The notes under the pieces are model-generated. The model was not told the DNA's origin and searched no databases. It worked only from the letters and a program-made list of their open reading frames with translations. From IMG/VR virus record IMGVR_UViG_3300049014_000001, positions 24,956 to 88,955 of that record: a stretch of 64,000 nucleotides of DNA; one strand, 5' to 3'. The position numbers and the translations under genes were made by a program. Positions 45,697 to 55,811 of this stretch are shown here, in pieces (the first letter of the stretch is position 1; every line of letters begins with the position of its first letter). Source of the stretch: a virus. Taxonomy: Duplodnaviria > Heunggongvirae > Uroviricota > Caudoviricetes.

Positions 45697-46647
45697 ATGA
45701 GTTTGAAACCAAAATCGAATGGCAACGGTGGTAACGGTGGCAATTTCGAAAATCGTAATTTCCCTGTGCCTAAATCCGGTGCTCGTCGTGCTCGTGTCTC
45801 CCTGATCGTTGATCTGGGTACTCAAGAGCGTGATCCGATTTGGCAAGGCCCTGATGGCAAGCTGTGCAAGGAAGATGCACCGGGTGCTGTTAAGAAAGAC
45901 CAAAAGCCAGCGCATCAAATCGCTATTTTCGCTGACCTAGTGAATGACGTTGTGGATTACGGTGGTGACATCGGTGAAGCTCAATACCGTCTGCTGCTGA
46001 ACAAAGCGTTCAAAGGCGACATCCAAGGTATCAACTTCTACCACTGCCCTCCGATGGACAACAAGGGCAACATCATCGAAGGTAAGAAGTGGTCCTACCA
46101 CGCTCAATCTCTGCTGACCAAGCTTGGTGATGCCATCGGTATTGACAACTTCGGTGTGCAAGATGAGACTGATGATGTGGCACTGCTGTTGAACGGCCAG
46201 TTCATCGCTGAAGTGGATGTGAAGGAGACCAACTCCGGTAAGCAGGACAAAGACGGTAACGATATCATCTACAAGAACGTCAACTTCAAGAAGGCTTCCA
46301 AGGTCGCTCCAGACATCAAGGAAGACGAGAACGGCAATGAAATCGAGGTGATCCCAACCTTCGCTAAGCTTCGTCAAGCTCCGCTGCTGATTTCCTTTGA
46401 CGATGCTACGAAAGAACAGGTGAAATTCCTGCGTCGTGACATCATCAAGAAAATCAAGGCATCGAGCGACTACGAAGGTAGCCAGATTCAAAAGGCTATC
46501 GAAGAGTACGAAGCTGAGAACGGTGGTGCAGAAAAGGAAGAAGCTGAGAAGCCAAAAGCTAAACCAGCAGCTACCCCTAAGAAGCCTGCCACTCCGAAGA
46601 AGCCAGTTGTTCAGGACGACGATCCTAACGACGACATTCCTTTCTAA
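45697..46647 (+). CDS. ssb: Single-stranded DNA-binding protein
   Basis: 316 aa, Gly/Asn-rich N-terminus, acidic C-terminal tail ending DDDPNDDIPF (SSB-type DDDIPF tip). Confidence 0.6.
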   Translation: MSLKPKSNGNGGNGGNFENRNFPVPKSGARRARVSLIVDLGTQERDPIWQGPDGKLCKEDAPGAVKKDQKPAHQIAIFADLVNDVVDYGGDIGEAQYRLLLNKAFKGDIQGINFYHCPPMDNKGNIIEGKKWSYHAQSLLTKLGDAIGIDNFGVQDETDDVALLLNGQFIAEVDVKETNSGKQDKDGNDIIYKNVNFKKASKVAPDIKEDENGNEIEVIPTFAKLRQAPLLISFDDATKEQVKFLRRDIIKKIKASSDYEGSQIQKAIEEYEAENGGAEKEEAEKPKAKPAATPKKPATPKKPVVQDDDPNDDIPF

Positions 46648-46720
46648 TAGCTAAGTAACACTAGCTACATACGCCCATCTATCTTAACGGGTAGATGGGC
46701 TTTTTCAATGGGAGAAAGCT

Positions 46721-46942
46721 ATGTCACGAAGTAGTTTCGGGATAAAGATTCTGGCCGCAAGATACAAAGAAGAGATGGAAGCTGCGCAGAGAGGGCTTGA
46801 AAGGGTTCAATCTCAATGTAAGCATCCTTACGCATCTAAGGTCGCAAGGTCAGACACAGGCAACTGGGACAAGTCTGACGATTCATACTGGTATGACTGT
46901 GTATGTCCTGATTGTGGAAAGAAATGGCAGGAGGATCAATGA
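46721..46942 (+). CDS. Zinc-ribbon small protein
   Basis: CKHP...CVCPDCG. Confidence 0.45.
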   Translation: MSRSSFGIKILAARYKEEMEAAQRGLERVQSQCKHPYASKVARSDTGNWDKSDDSYWYDCVCPDCGKKWQEDQ

Positions 46943-47139
46943 GTGAAGCAAGAGATAAGGTAGAGCAAGCCCTGAAAGAGGGGAAATACGTCTACTACCA
47001 TGTATGGGTATTCTACGAAACAGGGTACTCCTGCGGAGAAGGATGCTGTGATGATTCCGGCAATACCTTAGAAGACACGATGGATACCATCGAACGCTTC
47101 TGCGGAGGGGATTGGGAGGATGTGAAAATTGACGACTGA
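46939..47139 (+). CDS. Cys-rich small protein
   Basis: Track ORF; start re-set to MSEARDK overlapping the previous stop. Confidence 0.4.
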   Translation: MSEARDKVEQALKEGKYVYYHVWVFYETGYSCGEGCCDDSGNTLEDTMDTIERFCGGDWEDVKIDD

Positions 47140-48130
47140 AAAACAATTTCCAGAGCTGGTGTGCATTGACGGTGATATTCTCGCCTACCGTGCAGCAGCA
47201 GCGAATGAGAAACGATTTGTAGAAGCTGTCCACAATGAGACAGCAGAGAAATACGAGTTCGATACAGCAACGAAGTTTAAGGAGTGGGCTGGAGACACTA
47301 AAGACGAATACACGCTGACACCGGGACAGAAAGCAGGGAAGCTACAGAATGCTTTCCACATCCTGAACCAGATGATTCAGAACATTGTCACAGCATGCAA
47401 GGCTACCAGCTATCATATCGTCGTAAGCGGTGAAGATAATTTCAGGCTTGATCTTCCACTACCTACCCGGTATAAGGATTCGCGTAAGGACAATATGCGA
47501 CCCCTGCAACTGAAGGATTGCAAGAACTACCTGATTAACATGCACAATGCTGAAACGAGCGTAGGCAAGGAAGCAGATGATGTTCTTGTGGCCTACATGG
47601 TTGCTGGACATACGCAAGCATCGATTGATAAGGATGCCAATCATGGCCCCGGAAACGTGTTCAACTGGGACAACATGACTGAACCTGAATTCATCTCTGG
47701 CTTCGGTGAGCTGATTCTCATCGAGAAGGAGACAGCACGTAAAACTGCTGCGGGTAAGCCTGTCATTGAAAAGAGCGTCAAAGGCAAGGGACGAGTATGG
47801 TTGTACTTCCAGATGATCTTTGGTGATCCTGTAGACGCTTATAAGCCTTGTGAGCTGGCTAAGGCCAAGTTCGGTGAGATTGGAGCGTATGAACTGTTGA
47901 AAGGCTGCAAGAACGATAAGGAAGCTCTGGAAGCTCTTGTTCGCCAGTATAAGCAGTGGTATCCGCAACCAATCACATATCGAGCATGGGACAACTCTTT
48001 GCAAGAAAACAAGAGCTGGTTGGATATCTGGCAACTCTATGCTGATTGTGCATTTATGCAACGTTGGGATGGAGACAGGTTCGTAGTGAAGGATGTACTG
48101 AAGAAGATGGGAATTGAACATGACTGCTAA
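47129..48130 (+). CDS. Flap endonuclease / 5'-3' exonuclease (T5 D15 / T4 RNase H type)
   Basis: N-terminal FPELVCIDGDILAYRAAAA with acidic-residue spacing typical of the FEN family. Confidence 0.75.
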   Translation: MTTEKQFPELVCIDGDILAYRAAAANEKRFVEAVHNETAEKYEFDTATKFKEWAGDTKDEYTLTPGQKAGKLQNAFHILNQMIQNIVTACKATSYHIVVSGEDNFRLDLPLPTRYKDSRKDNMRPLQLKDCKNYLINMHNAETSVGKEADDVLVAYMVAGHTQASIDKDANHGPGNVFNWDNMTEPEFISGFGELILIEKETARKTAAGKPVIEKSVKGKGRVWLYFQMIFGDPVDAYKPCELAKAKFGEIGAYELLKGCKNDKEALEALVRQYKQWYPQPITYRAWDNSLQENKSWLDIWQLYADCAFMQRWDGDRFVVKDVLKKMGIEHDC

Positions 48131-48656
48131 GGCCCCTAAAACGCGCTGTAGCGGGACGATGACCGAAGCAGCATACTTGGCTTGGATTCGTTCTGCTTTG
48201 CGCTCTAAGAGCCTCAGATGGCCTCCTAGGAACGAAGCACTGGTTGCAGCAAGGCGACCTTACAAAGGCCCGAATAAACTCCAGAAATGGGAGTTTGGGT
48301 GTGCAATCTGTAAGCAGTGGTTTAAAGCCAAGGAAGTATGTGTTGACCATTACCCTAAACCAGCCGGGAGCATCCTGTCGGTGGCTGATATTGGCGAGTT
48401 TGCTAATAATCTGTATTGTGAAGTAGACAACTTGCGAGTGTTGTGTGAGCCTTGTCACTCTGTCCACACGCTGGCAGAGGCAGAAGGTGTGACATTCGAA
48501 GAAGCCAAGAAGCTGAAAGAGGCTAACGAAATTTGTAAAAAACCGACGAAACAAGTTCTTGCATTTCTTGAGAAGCATGGGTATAGTGGCGCTGCTGTAA
48601 GTAACGCTACTAAACGAAAGGAACTTGTAACGAAAATTGTGAAGGGAGAGAAATGA
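48114..48656 (+). CDS. Endonuclease VII-like HNH protein (junction-resolvase candidate)
   Basis: CAICKQW...VDHYP...NLRVLCEPCH pattern as in the T4 gp49/HNH fold. Confidence 0.55.
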   Translation: MNMTAKAPKTRCSGTMTEAAYLAWIRSALRSKSLRWPPRNEALVAARRPYKGPNKLQKWEFGCAICKQWFKAKEVCVDHYPKPAGSILSVADIGEFANNLYCEVDNLRVLCEPCHSVHTLAEAEGVTFEEAKKLKEANEICKKPTKQVLAFLEKHGYSGAAVSNATKRKELVTKIVKGEK

Positions 48657-49525
48657 GTAACGTAGAGTGGACAACACTTGCTGTAAAGCTGGATGAAGCC
48701 GGAATGAGCTGGCGGGACATCGCTGACATGCTTAAGAAACCTAAGAGCACCGTTAGCGACTATCTACGTAAGTATCACGAGGTGAAGACAGTAGCTAAGG
48801 CAGATGAGCGCTATCCAGAGGCATATCCAAACAAGATTGAAAAGGTGTGGGACACTTCCCGTATCCTATTCATCTCGGATTTGCACATTCCTTTCCATCA
48901 CGACAAAGCATTCGTGTTCTTGGAAGGGCTTAAGAAGCGCTACGATCCTACGCTTGTGGTGAACGTAGGCGATGAGCTGGACAAGCATGCGGAGAGCTAT
49001 CACGAGCATGATCCAGATTTGCATAGCGCTGGTGACGAGCTGGAAAAGAGTCTGCCGTACATCAAGGAACTTGAGAAGATGTTCCCAGAGATGGAGCTGG
49101 TAGAATCGAACCACGGATCGCTGCATCTGCGTAAAGCTAAGTCTGGAGGATTGAGCCGTCGTTACATCCGTTCCTACAACGAGATTCTTGAAGTGGGATC
49201 AGGATGGACTTGGCATCATGAACTTGTGCTGGATCAGAGCGACTGGGACAAACCGGACATTTATGTCCATCACGGTAAGACCAAGCGTGCAATCATGACT
49301 AGCAAAGCTATGTCGATGTCTCACGTATGCGGCCACTACCATGAATCGTTCGGTATCGAATACTGGGCCAACCCGAAAGGTTTGTACTTCGGTATGAACA
49401 TCGGTTGCCTGATTAACGACAAGCGACTAGCATTCGCGTACAACAAGATCAACCCTCATCGTCCAATCATCGGCACCGGGTTGATTATCGAAGGTGTACC
49501 AGTGCTGGAAGCAATGCCGCTGTAA
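48653..49525 (+). CDS. Calcineurin-like metallophosphoesterase (Ser/Thr phosphatase type)
   Basis: ILFISDLHIPFHHD, VNVGDELD, HHGK metal-ligand motifs; 290 aa. Confidence 0.7.
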   Translation: MSNVEWTTLAVKLDEAGMSWRDIADMLKKPKSTVSDYLRKYHEVKTVAKADERYPEAYPNKIEKVWDTSRILFISDLHIPFHHDKAFVFLEGLKKRYDPTLVVNVGDELDKHAESYHEHDPDLHSAGDELEKSLPYIKELEKMFPEMELVESNHGSLHLRKAKSGGLSRRYIRSYNEILEVGSGWTWHHELVLDQSDWDKPDIYVHHGKTKRAIMTSKAMSMSHVCGHYHESFGIEYWANPKGLYFGMNIGCLINDKRLAFAYNKINPHRPIIGTGLIIEGVPVLEAMPL

Positions 49526-49553
49526 GTAGTACAACCAACTTAAGGAGAACACA

Positions 49554-49778
49554 ATGAGCGCATATGACGTAAGAGAACTTCACGAAGAAGTAGACGAAAT
49601 CATCTTCGCAGAGAAATCAGAAGGCGGGAAATTTGTCGCATATAAAGTCACAAATGCGATGAGGGGCGTATCTATCGTTGATGGCGTTAATGCTTTTGTG
49701 CTTGTAAGGAACAAAGAGCATGCTGACAATCTTCGTAAAGCTCTAGATAAAGCCGAACACCTAGGCTGGCTGAAATGA
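49554..49778 (+). CDS. Hypothetical protein
   Basis: 74 aa with canonical UTR CAACCAACTTAAGGAGAACACAATG. Confidence 0.45.
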   Translation: MSAYDVRELHEEVDEIIFAEKSEGGKFVAYKVTNAMRGVSIVDGVNAFVLVRNKEHADNLRKALDKAEHLGWLK

Positions 49779-50065
49779 GTGACATCACCTTTCTAGAAGT
49801 TCCTGTTTGGGACACTGGACTGGTGCTGGTGTTGCTGTCGAATGGCATGCTAACAGTGGAACGAAGTGTTACCTTTGTTCCTCTGTACGACCTAGCCCCT
49901 AACAAACACGGAGTGGACGGACTGTTCGACTTGGACAGCTTCCGCTTAACAGATCACTATTCTGGTATGCAATGTGAACTGGACTACGGAACGATGTATG
50001 CATACCAAGCTGTGCCATTGCTTAAAGCGTGGCTGATTCAACAAAAACTGGAAATTAAGGAGTAA
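49775..50065 (+). CDS. Hypothetical protein
   Basis: 96-aa track ORF. Confidence 0.45.
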   Translation: MSDITFLEVPVWDTGLVLVLLSNGMLTVERSVTFVPLYDLAPNKHGVDGLFDLDSFRLTDHYSGMQCELDYGTMYAYQAVPLLKAWLIQQKLEIKE

Positions 50066-50067
50066 AT

Positions 50068-50484
50068 ATGAGCATTGCAGAAAAATTTAACGAACTGGTG
50101 TACGAATGCCACGAAGCCTCTTACAACGCTGGCTGGTGGAATCATAGCGCAACTGGTCTTGACCTGAAGCGTGTAGTACTGGCTCCCGCTACTCCCTTTG
50201 AACAACTGCTTGCTGGTGCTCTGGTAGCACAGAAGCTTTGCCTGTCCCACAGCGAAATCAGCGAAGGCATGGAAGGTCATCGCAAAGGTCTGATGGATGA
50301 CAAGCTGCCTCATCGCTCCATGCTGGAAGTCGAGCTGGCTGATTGCGTTATCCGTCTTGCTGACCTTGCCGGTGCGCTGGGTCTTGATCTGGGCGGTGCA
50401 ATCGAAGAAAAGCTGGCATACAACCGTATTCGTCCTGACCACAAGAAGGAAGCACGTGAAGCAGCAGGCGGTAAATCCTACTAA
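50068..50484 (+). CDS. MazG-like nucleoside triphosphate pyrophosphohydrolase
   Basis: HSEISEGMEGHRKG...EVELADCVIRLADLAGALGLDL (EExxE/D helical NTP-PPase signature). Confidence 0.65.
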   Translation: MSIAEKFNELVYECHEASYNAGWWNHSATGLDLKRVVLAPATPFEQLLAGALVAQKLCLSHSEISEGMEGHRKGLMDDKLPHRSMLEVELADCVIRLADLAGALGLDLGGAIEEKLAYNRIRPDHKKEAREAAGGKSY

Positions 50485-50493
50485 GGAGGTGGC

Positions 50494-51048
50494 ATGAAGA
50501 CTATTTCTGTGACGGACTTGAAGCGTATCCCTGAACTGTCACATCTGCGAATGATTGACTTCATTGATCCTCGCAATGATCGACTGGTAGCTCCATACCT
50601 TAAGGTGCTGGGCTTTGATCTGGACTACCCTATCGAGTATATGGCACGTCAGCATCGTAATCTGGCTGGTGAAGTTGTCATCGCTTACATGATCGCTGGC
50701 GAAGTGGAATGTAACGAACGCTTCCTATCCGGCCCATTTGCGACTGCTGAAGATCGCATCATTGCTGCTGGCTACAAAGACCTTGGCTTGGCTAAACAGA
50801 TGTCAAGCGCTTTGTCAACCAGTAGGAACTACGATGCTGGAGTTGTGGAAGGTTTCTCGCCTGAGCTGACTAATCCAGACGAAGCAGCTATCTTGGAACA
50901 ATTGCAAGTGTTGGATAATTTGCTAGAGCAAGTACGTCCTAATCGATACAAGGAAGATGGTAGTTTGAAAACTATTGTTGAGTATCACACTCCAGAGCCG
51001 GAAGTCGTACCTAAGAAGGAACGTAAGAAGCGCTCCGTTGCAATTTAA
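50494..51048 (+). CDS. Hypothetical protein
   Basis: 184-aa track ORF. Confidence 0.5.
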   Translation: MKTISVTDLKRIPELSHLRMIDFIDPRNDRLVAPYLKVLGFDLDYPIEYMARQHRNLAGEVVIAYMIAGEVECNERFLSGPFATAEDRIIAAGYKDLGLAKQMSSALSTSRNYDAGVVEGFSPELTNPDEAAILEQLQVLDNLLEQVRPNRYKEDGSLKTIVEYHTPEPEVVPKKERKKRSVAI

Positions 51049-51084
51049 CGACAGTTATGGTATAATATCTGTCCGATTAACTGA

Positions 51085-51108
51085 CAGGGCTTCGGCCCTG
51101 TTTTATTT
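51085..51108 (+). terminator. Intrinsic terminator
   Basis: cagggc-ttcg-gccctg then TTTTATTT. Confidence 0.65.
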
Positions 51109-51117
51109 CCTAGGAGT

Positions 51118-52167
51118 ATGATGCAAAAAGCAAGAATTATGACTCCTACTGACTCTTATGTCACAGTCTACCCGGAGTTTATCAAGCTGGCTGATACCCA
51201 GTTTGAGGATTGCCGCTGGACTCACAAAGAGATTGCGGTAGAGAAGGATAAGCAAGACATGATGGTGAACGTGAACGATGCTGCACGTCATGCCATCACA
51301 ACCGGCCTGAAACTGTTCACTCGTTATGAGATGTTCGCCGGTATCGAATATTGGAATGGGAGAGTGCTAAAAGCCTTCCCACGTCCTGAAGTACAACGTA
51401 TGGCTACCGTCTTCGGTGCATTTGAGCTGCAAGTACACGCTCCGTTCTACAACAAGCTGAACGAAGTGTTGGGCCTTGATACAGATGAATTCTACACTTC
51501 GTACGTGAACGATCCTGTACTGAACGAACGTGTCAAGTTCTTGGACAAAGCTGTAGATAGTAAAGATGATTTGCTGAGCATCGCTGTGTTCTCCATGATG
51601 GAAGGCGCTGTGCTGTTCTCCAACTTCGCACTGTTCAAGAGCTTCCAAAGCAACGGCAACAACAAGATCGGTAACACCGTTCGTGGTATCGACCAATCCG
51701 TAGTTGATGAAGGTCTGCATCAGATTGGTGGTGCTACGCTGTTCCGTCGAGCGATTGAAGAACTTAAAGAGATTATGTCTCCAGAAAACTTCAAGCGTAT
51801 GTGGAAGAGTCTGTGCAATAAGATTCGTCGCGCTGGCAAGAAGCTGGCTGAACACGAGTTCCGTATCACGGACATGCTGATGTCAAAGGGCGACATTGGT
51901 ACTGGCATTACTGCCGAGAGCATGAAGCAATTCGTCATGAGCCGTATCAACATCTGCTTAAACGATCTGGGCGTACCTGTGTTGTACACCAAGAAGCAAA
52001 TTGGAGCCAATCCGATTGCTGGATGGTTCTACGGTGGTGTTCAGAAGTTCCAGATGAATGACTTCTTCGTAGGCAAAGGACGCGAGTACACAACAACATG
52101 GAATGAACGAGCCTTCACATGGTTCGTAGAGGATAAGAAACCGGAGACAACTAATGAGCAAGTATGA
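51118..52167 (+). CDS. nrdB: Ribonucleotide reductase class I small subunit
   Basis: 349 aa; ferritin-like motifs SMMEGAVLFSNFALFKSF and RGIDQSVVDEGLHQ. Confidence 0.7.
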   Translation: MMQKARIMTPTDSYVTVYPEFIKLADTQFEDCRWTHKEIAVEKDKQDMMVNVNDAARHAITTGLKLFTRYEMFAGIEYWNGRVLKAFPRPEVQRMATVFGAFELQVHAPFYNKLNEVLGLDTDEFYTSYVNDPVLNERVKFLDKAVDSKDDLLSIAVFSMMEGAVLFSNFALFKSFQSNGNNKIGNTVRGIDQSVVDEGLHQIGGATLFRRAIEELKEIMSPENFKRMWKSLCNKIRRAGKKLAEHEFRITDMLMSKGDIGTGITAESMKQFVMSRINICLNDLGVPVLYTKKQIGANPIAGWFYGGVQKFQMNDFFVGKGREYTTTWNERAFTWFVEDKKPETTNEQV

Positions 52168-53905
52168 ACAACTGAGTGAAGCACGTAAGAAAGGTCAAGC
52201 AGAAGGCACTGTCCCTGAGTGGATGCCTACGGCTGGCTATCAGATGTTCATGGAACGGTATCTGTACGAAGCAGAGAATCCACGCGAACAGTTCATCCGT
52301 ATTGCTCAAACTGCTGCTAAGCATGCTCCAGACGCATATTTGCCGCATGATGACATTGCAGCCGATGTTGCAGCAGGCAATATGATGCTTTCACCGAAGT
52401 CATACTGGACTGATAAGTTCTTCGAAATCCTGTGGAAGGGCTGGATGGCTTGCTCTACTCCAGTGTTGGCGAACATGGGTACAGATCGTGGCCTTCCTGT
52501 GTCGTGTGCTGGATCGGAGATGGACAACTCTATCTTCGGCTTCTACGATAACCTGAAGGAAATGGCTCTGCTGTCTAAGCATGGCTTCGGTACGGCTACT
52601 GACCTGTCACCTGTCCAACCTCGTGGCTCTCGTATGCGTACTGGTGGCAAGGCTAACGGTGTGATGCCTGTAATTGAAGACCACATCATCATGTCTCGTA
52701 AAGTAAGTCAGGGCAGTGCTCGACGTGGTGCATGGGCCGCTTACCTTAATGTGATGCATGGAGACTTCTGGGAAGTGATTGACTACCTTGAACGCCACGA
52801 TGATGACTTCAACATCGGCTGGATCGTTCACGATGACTTCATTGCCAAGCTAAACAAAGGTAATGTAGAAGCACACAAGCGTTTCCAACGCATGATGCGT
52901 GTGAAGATGCAAACTGGTAAGGGTTACTTCTTCTTCATCGACAAGGTGAATCGTAACCGTCCACAGATGTACAAAGACTTGGGCCTGATGGTCAAGGCTT
53001 CTCAGCTCTGCACGGAAATCTTCCTGCACAGCGATGCCACCAAGTACACCTACACCTGTGTGCTAGCTTGGATGAACGCTTCGAAGTACGACGAGTACAA
53101 AGACACTGATGCTGTTCAAGTAGCCACTGTGTTCCTTGATTGCGTTGTGTCAGAGTTCCTTGAACGTGCCCGTAAGATTCCGGGACTTGAAAAGGCTGTA
53201 GCGTCTACTGAAGCTGGTAGGGCAATCGGTCTTGGTGCTGGTGGTCTTCACACCTATATGCAAGAACACATGATGCCTGTAGACTCGTTGGACGCTTACA
53301 TGTTCAACGCAGAGTTCTTCAAGCATCTGAATGCTGAATCGCTGAAGGCTTCTCAATGGCTTGCAAAAGAACTCGGTGAACCTGAGTGGTGCAAAGGCTA
53401 TGGTGTACGCTTTACACACCGTATGGCTGTAGCTCCTACCAAGTCCACTGCATTGATTTACGGTGGCATTTCGGAAGGTCGTGGACTTGACACTGCGATG
53501 AGCTTTACGCAGAAGACATCTGCCGGTGAAGTAGATCGTGTGAACCCTCCACTGCTTGCTCTGATTAAGCGCAAAGGATTGAACGTTGAGAAGTGCATCA
53601 AGGACGTGGTTGAAGGCTACGGATCGGTGCAGCACGTAGACTGGCTGAATGACGAAGAGAAGCTTGTCTTCCGTACTGGCTTTGAATACGATCAACGTGT
53701 TGTGCTTCGTCTTGCTATCGCTGCTCAGAAAGAGATTGACCAAGGCCAGAGCATCAACGTGTACATTGCCAAGGGCACTACCGAACAAGAGATTGCTGAT
53801 CTTCACAAGTTCGCATTCGAACAAGAGATGATTCACAGCTTGTACTACATCTACTCCAGCCGTGCAGTTATCTCGGCAAAGAGTGAGTGTGTAGCTTGCC
53901 AATGA
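52154..53905 (+). CDS. nrdA: Ribonucleotide reductase class I large subunit (short form)
   Basis: 583 aa; VLANMGT, active-site region ASQLCTEIFL (NxCxE), C-terminal Cys pair ECVACQ. Confidence 0.75.
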   Translation: MSKYEQLSEARKKGQAEGTVPEWMPTAGYQMFMERYLYEAENPREQFIRIAQTAAKHAPDAYLPHDDIAADVAAGNMMLSPKSYWTDKFFEILWKGWMACSTPVLANMGTDRGLPVSCAGSEMDNSIFGFYDNLKEMALLSKHGFGTATDLSPVQPRGSRMRTGGKANGVMPVIEDHIIMSRKVSQGSARRGAWAAYLNVMHGDFWEVIDYLERHDDDFNIGWIVHDDFIAKLNKGNVEAHKRFQRMMRVKMQTGKGYFFFIDKVNRNRPQMYKDLGLMVKASQLCTEIFLHSDATKYTYTCVLAWMNASKYDEYKDTDAVQVATVFLDCVVSEFLERARKIPGLEKAVASTEAGRAIGLGAGGLHTYMQEHMMPVDSLDAYMFNAEFFKHLNAESLKASQWLAKELGEPEWCKGYGVRFTHRMAVAPTKSTALIYGGISEGRGLDTAMSFTQKTSAGEVDRVNPPLLALIKRKGLNVEKCIKDVVEGYGSVQHVDWLNDEEKLVFRTGFEYDQRVVLRLAIAAQKEIDQGQSINVYIAKGTTEQEIADLHKFAFEQEMIHSLYYIYSSRAVISAKSECVACQ

Positions 53906-53906
53906 T

Positions 53907-54194
53907 ATGCAAGTGTACGTTGTGGAGTTTGAGAAGCATCCCGGCTTGTTCAAGATTGGACTGAGCAAAGATGTGAAGCAAAGGCTTCCGCAACTCAAAG
54001 TCTCCCACGGTGAACCACTGAACATGAAACGGTGGACTGTGGGAGCTAGGTACAGGATAATTGAGAGGGCTTTGCATAAAGCCTTTTCGTCCTACCGTAA
54101 GCCTGTACCCGGAGAGGGAGGCACAGAATTTTTTGATGTGGTCGTAAGACCGAACGTAGAAAGGATATTGGACGATGAAGTTGACTGTGTATAG
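53907..54194 (+). CDS. T5orf172 / GIY-YIG-like domain small protein
   Basis: MQVYVVEFEKHPGLFKIGLSKDVKQRLPQLK...TEFF; inserted between nrdA and nrdH. Confidence 0.5.
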   Translation: MQVYVVEFEKHPGLFKIGLSKDVKQRLPQLKVSHGEPLNMKRWTVGARYRIIERALHKAFSSYRKPVPGEGGTEFFDVVVRPNVERILDDEVDCV

Positions 54195-54399
54195 TATGGA
54201 AGGTTGTGCTGCTTGTGTATCGGCTGCTAACCTGTTGAAGGCCAAGGGCATTGATTTCGAAGTAGTGAAGATTGACGAGAACCCGGAAGCATGGGAGTTC
54301 TTGAAGAAGGAAGGCCATCGGGCTATGCCTCAGATTTACGAAGGTGACAAGCTGTTTGTAGTTGGTGGCTTCCAAGGGCTGCTGAAGCACTTCAAATAA
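54175..54399 (+). CDS. nrdH: Glutaredoxin-like NrdH redoxin
   Basis: 74 aa, CAAC redox motif, follows the RNR genes. Confidence 0.7.
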   Translation: MKLTVYSMEGCAACVSAANLLKAKGIDFEVVKIDENPEAWEFLKKEGHRAMPQIYEGDKLFVVGGFQGLLKHFK

Positions 54400-54402
54400 T
54401 TG

Positions 54403-54431
54403 TTGACAACGTAAGAAAGGCTATGTAAGAT
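54403..54431 (+). promoter_or_regulatory. Promoter TTGACA-17-TAAGAT
   Basis: ttgacaacgtaagaaaggctatgtaagat plus UTR AGCCAAGGAGAACAAATG. Confidence 0.5.
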
Positions 54432-54463
54432 GTAGTCTTTCTTATCTAAGCCAAGGAGAACAA

Positions 54464-54889
54464 ATGAATACTCAAAACGCAAAAGTAGGTGACATCATCC
54501 GCTACGTAGGCAATCTTCGTGACTTGTCAAACGGAGGGCTGTACTATGTCCATGCCACGGAGCAACGTGACTCTGACACTCTCGCAGTTTTCATTGATGA
54601 GAATGGGCGTCGTCGTGCACTGTGGACTCCCGACAAATACGAAGTAGTAGGTAAATTGGCCAATACATCAGAAGTATCGCTTCCTCTCGTGTTGGATTTG
54701 CTTGGTAAAGAGTTGAATGAAGGCGATACCATTGTTTACCCTGTAAGCATTGATTGCATGGAAATTCTCCGCATCGAGAGCATGAACCGTGCTACAATGA
54801 CCGCTGTATGTACCTATGTAGGTAACGCTATTTCTGGCACTATAACCGTCGGTTGTCTGGAAAATCGTGCGGTAAAAATCGAGCAATAA
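54464..54889 (+). CDS. Hypothetical protein
   Basis: 141-aa track ORF. Confidence 0.5.
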   Translation: MNTQNAKVGDIIRYVGNLRDLSNGGLYYVHATEQRDSDTLAVFIDENGRRRALWTPDKYEVVGKLANTSEVSLPLVLDLLGKELNEGDTIVYPVSIDCMEILRIESMNRATMTAVCTYVGNAISGTITVGCLENRAVKIEQ

Positions 54890-54946
54890 TCAAGGGCTGG
54901 AGGGAGGCAAAGCCTTTCTCTGGCCTTTTCTTTTGGAGGACACTGA

Positions 54947-55105
54947 ATGAAGTTCTTTTGCATGCTAGGAGTGCATGATTGGGAATATGGGCCTGTGTAT
55001 ATGGGAACTCCCAACGGCTACGCAGCTAAGTACTATGTACAAAACAAAGTTTGCCAGTGCTGCAACAAAACAGAAGTCGTATTTTCCGCAGGAGGCTCAA
55101 TGTGA
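54947..55105 (+). CDS. Cys-rich small protein (52 aa)
   Basis: ORF below threshold; RBS GGAGGACACTGAATG. Confidence 0.3.
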   Translation: MKFFCMLGVHDWEYGPVYMGTPNGYAAKYYVQNKVCQCCNKTEVVFSAGGSM

Positions 55106-55395
55106 ATATCGGATTTGACTACGATGATACGTTCACTCGTGATCCTGCTGGATGGTCGCAGATTATCAATTTCCTTACCAAGCGAGGGCACAAAGTGTAC
55201 ATCGTTACATGGCGCACCACAGCAGAGTGCATGCGTGTCCACGCAGAGATGCAGTATTGGAAAGTAGATATCGAAGGTATCTTTGCAACGCATAGGACAG
55301 CTAAAGAGCCTTACATGAACCAGCGTGGTATCATCATTGACGTTTGGGTTGATGACAATCCTCGTGCGGTAATTAAAGACATGGAGAAGTTGTAA
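55102..55395 (+). CDS. HAD-superfamily phosphatase (5'(3')-deoxyribonucleotidase-like), GTG start
   Basis: Motif I GFDYDDTF (DxDxT) and motif IV DVWVDDNP; RBS GGAGG before GTG. Confidence 0.6.
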   Translation: MNIGFDYDDTFTRDPAGWSQIINFLTKRGHKVYIVTWRTTAECMRVHAEMQYWKVDIEGIFATHRTAKEPYMNQRGIIIDVWVDDNPRAVIKDMEKL

Positions 55396-55811
55396 TGAAC
55401 AAGATTGATTCGTTTAGCGGAGGCTATCGCTTCCTGTCTAACTTCTGGTACAACCCAGATGGCTATACCAATGAGCATCGCTTCCAAGCAGCTAAGGCTA
55501 AACATAAGGAACACTACGACTGGATTATGGAATCCAAGTCTCCCGGTGAGGCCAAACGTCGTGGTCGGCAAGTGCCAATGCGTGAAGACTGGAATGACAT
55601 TCGCATCGGCGTTATGCTGGAACTTACTACTGAAAAGTTTAAAGACCCAGCGCTACGTGCTCAGTTGCTTGCTACTGGGGATGCTGAACTCATCGAAGGC
55701 AATACATGGGGTGATCGGTTCTGGGGCGTCTGCGACGGTGAAGGTCAGAACTGGCTTGGCCAATGCCTGATGAACGTCCGTGAGGGCATTCGAAATGTGC
55801 AAGGTAGTTAA
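55395..55811 (+). CDS. NADAR-domain protein (YbiA-like N-glycosidase acting on ADP-ribose derivatives)
   Basis: FLSNFWYNP...EHRFQAAKAK...W(x)I...GDRFWG signature of DUF1768/NADAR. Confidence 0.65.
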   Translation: MNKIDSFSGGYRFLSNFWYNPDGYTNEHRFQAAKAKHKEHYDWIMESKSPGEAKRRGRQVPMREDWNDIRIGVMLELTTEKFKDPALRAQLLATGDAELIEGNTWGDRFWGVCDGEGQNWLGQCLMNVREGIRNVQGS

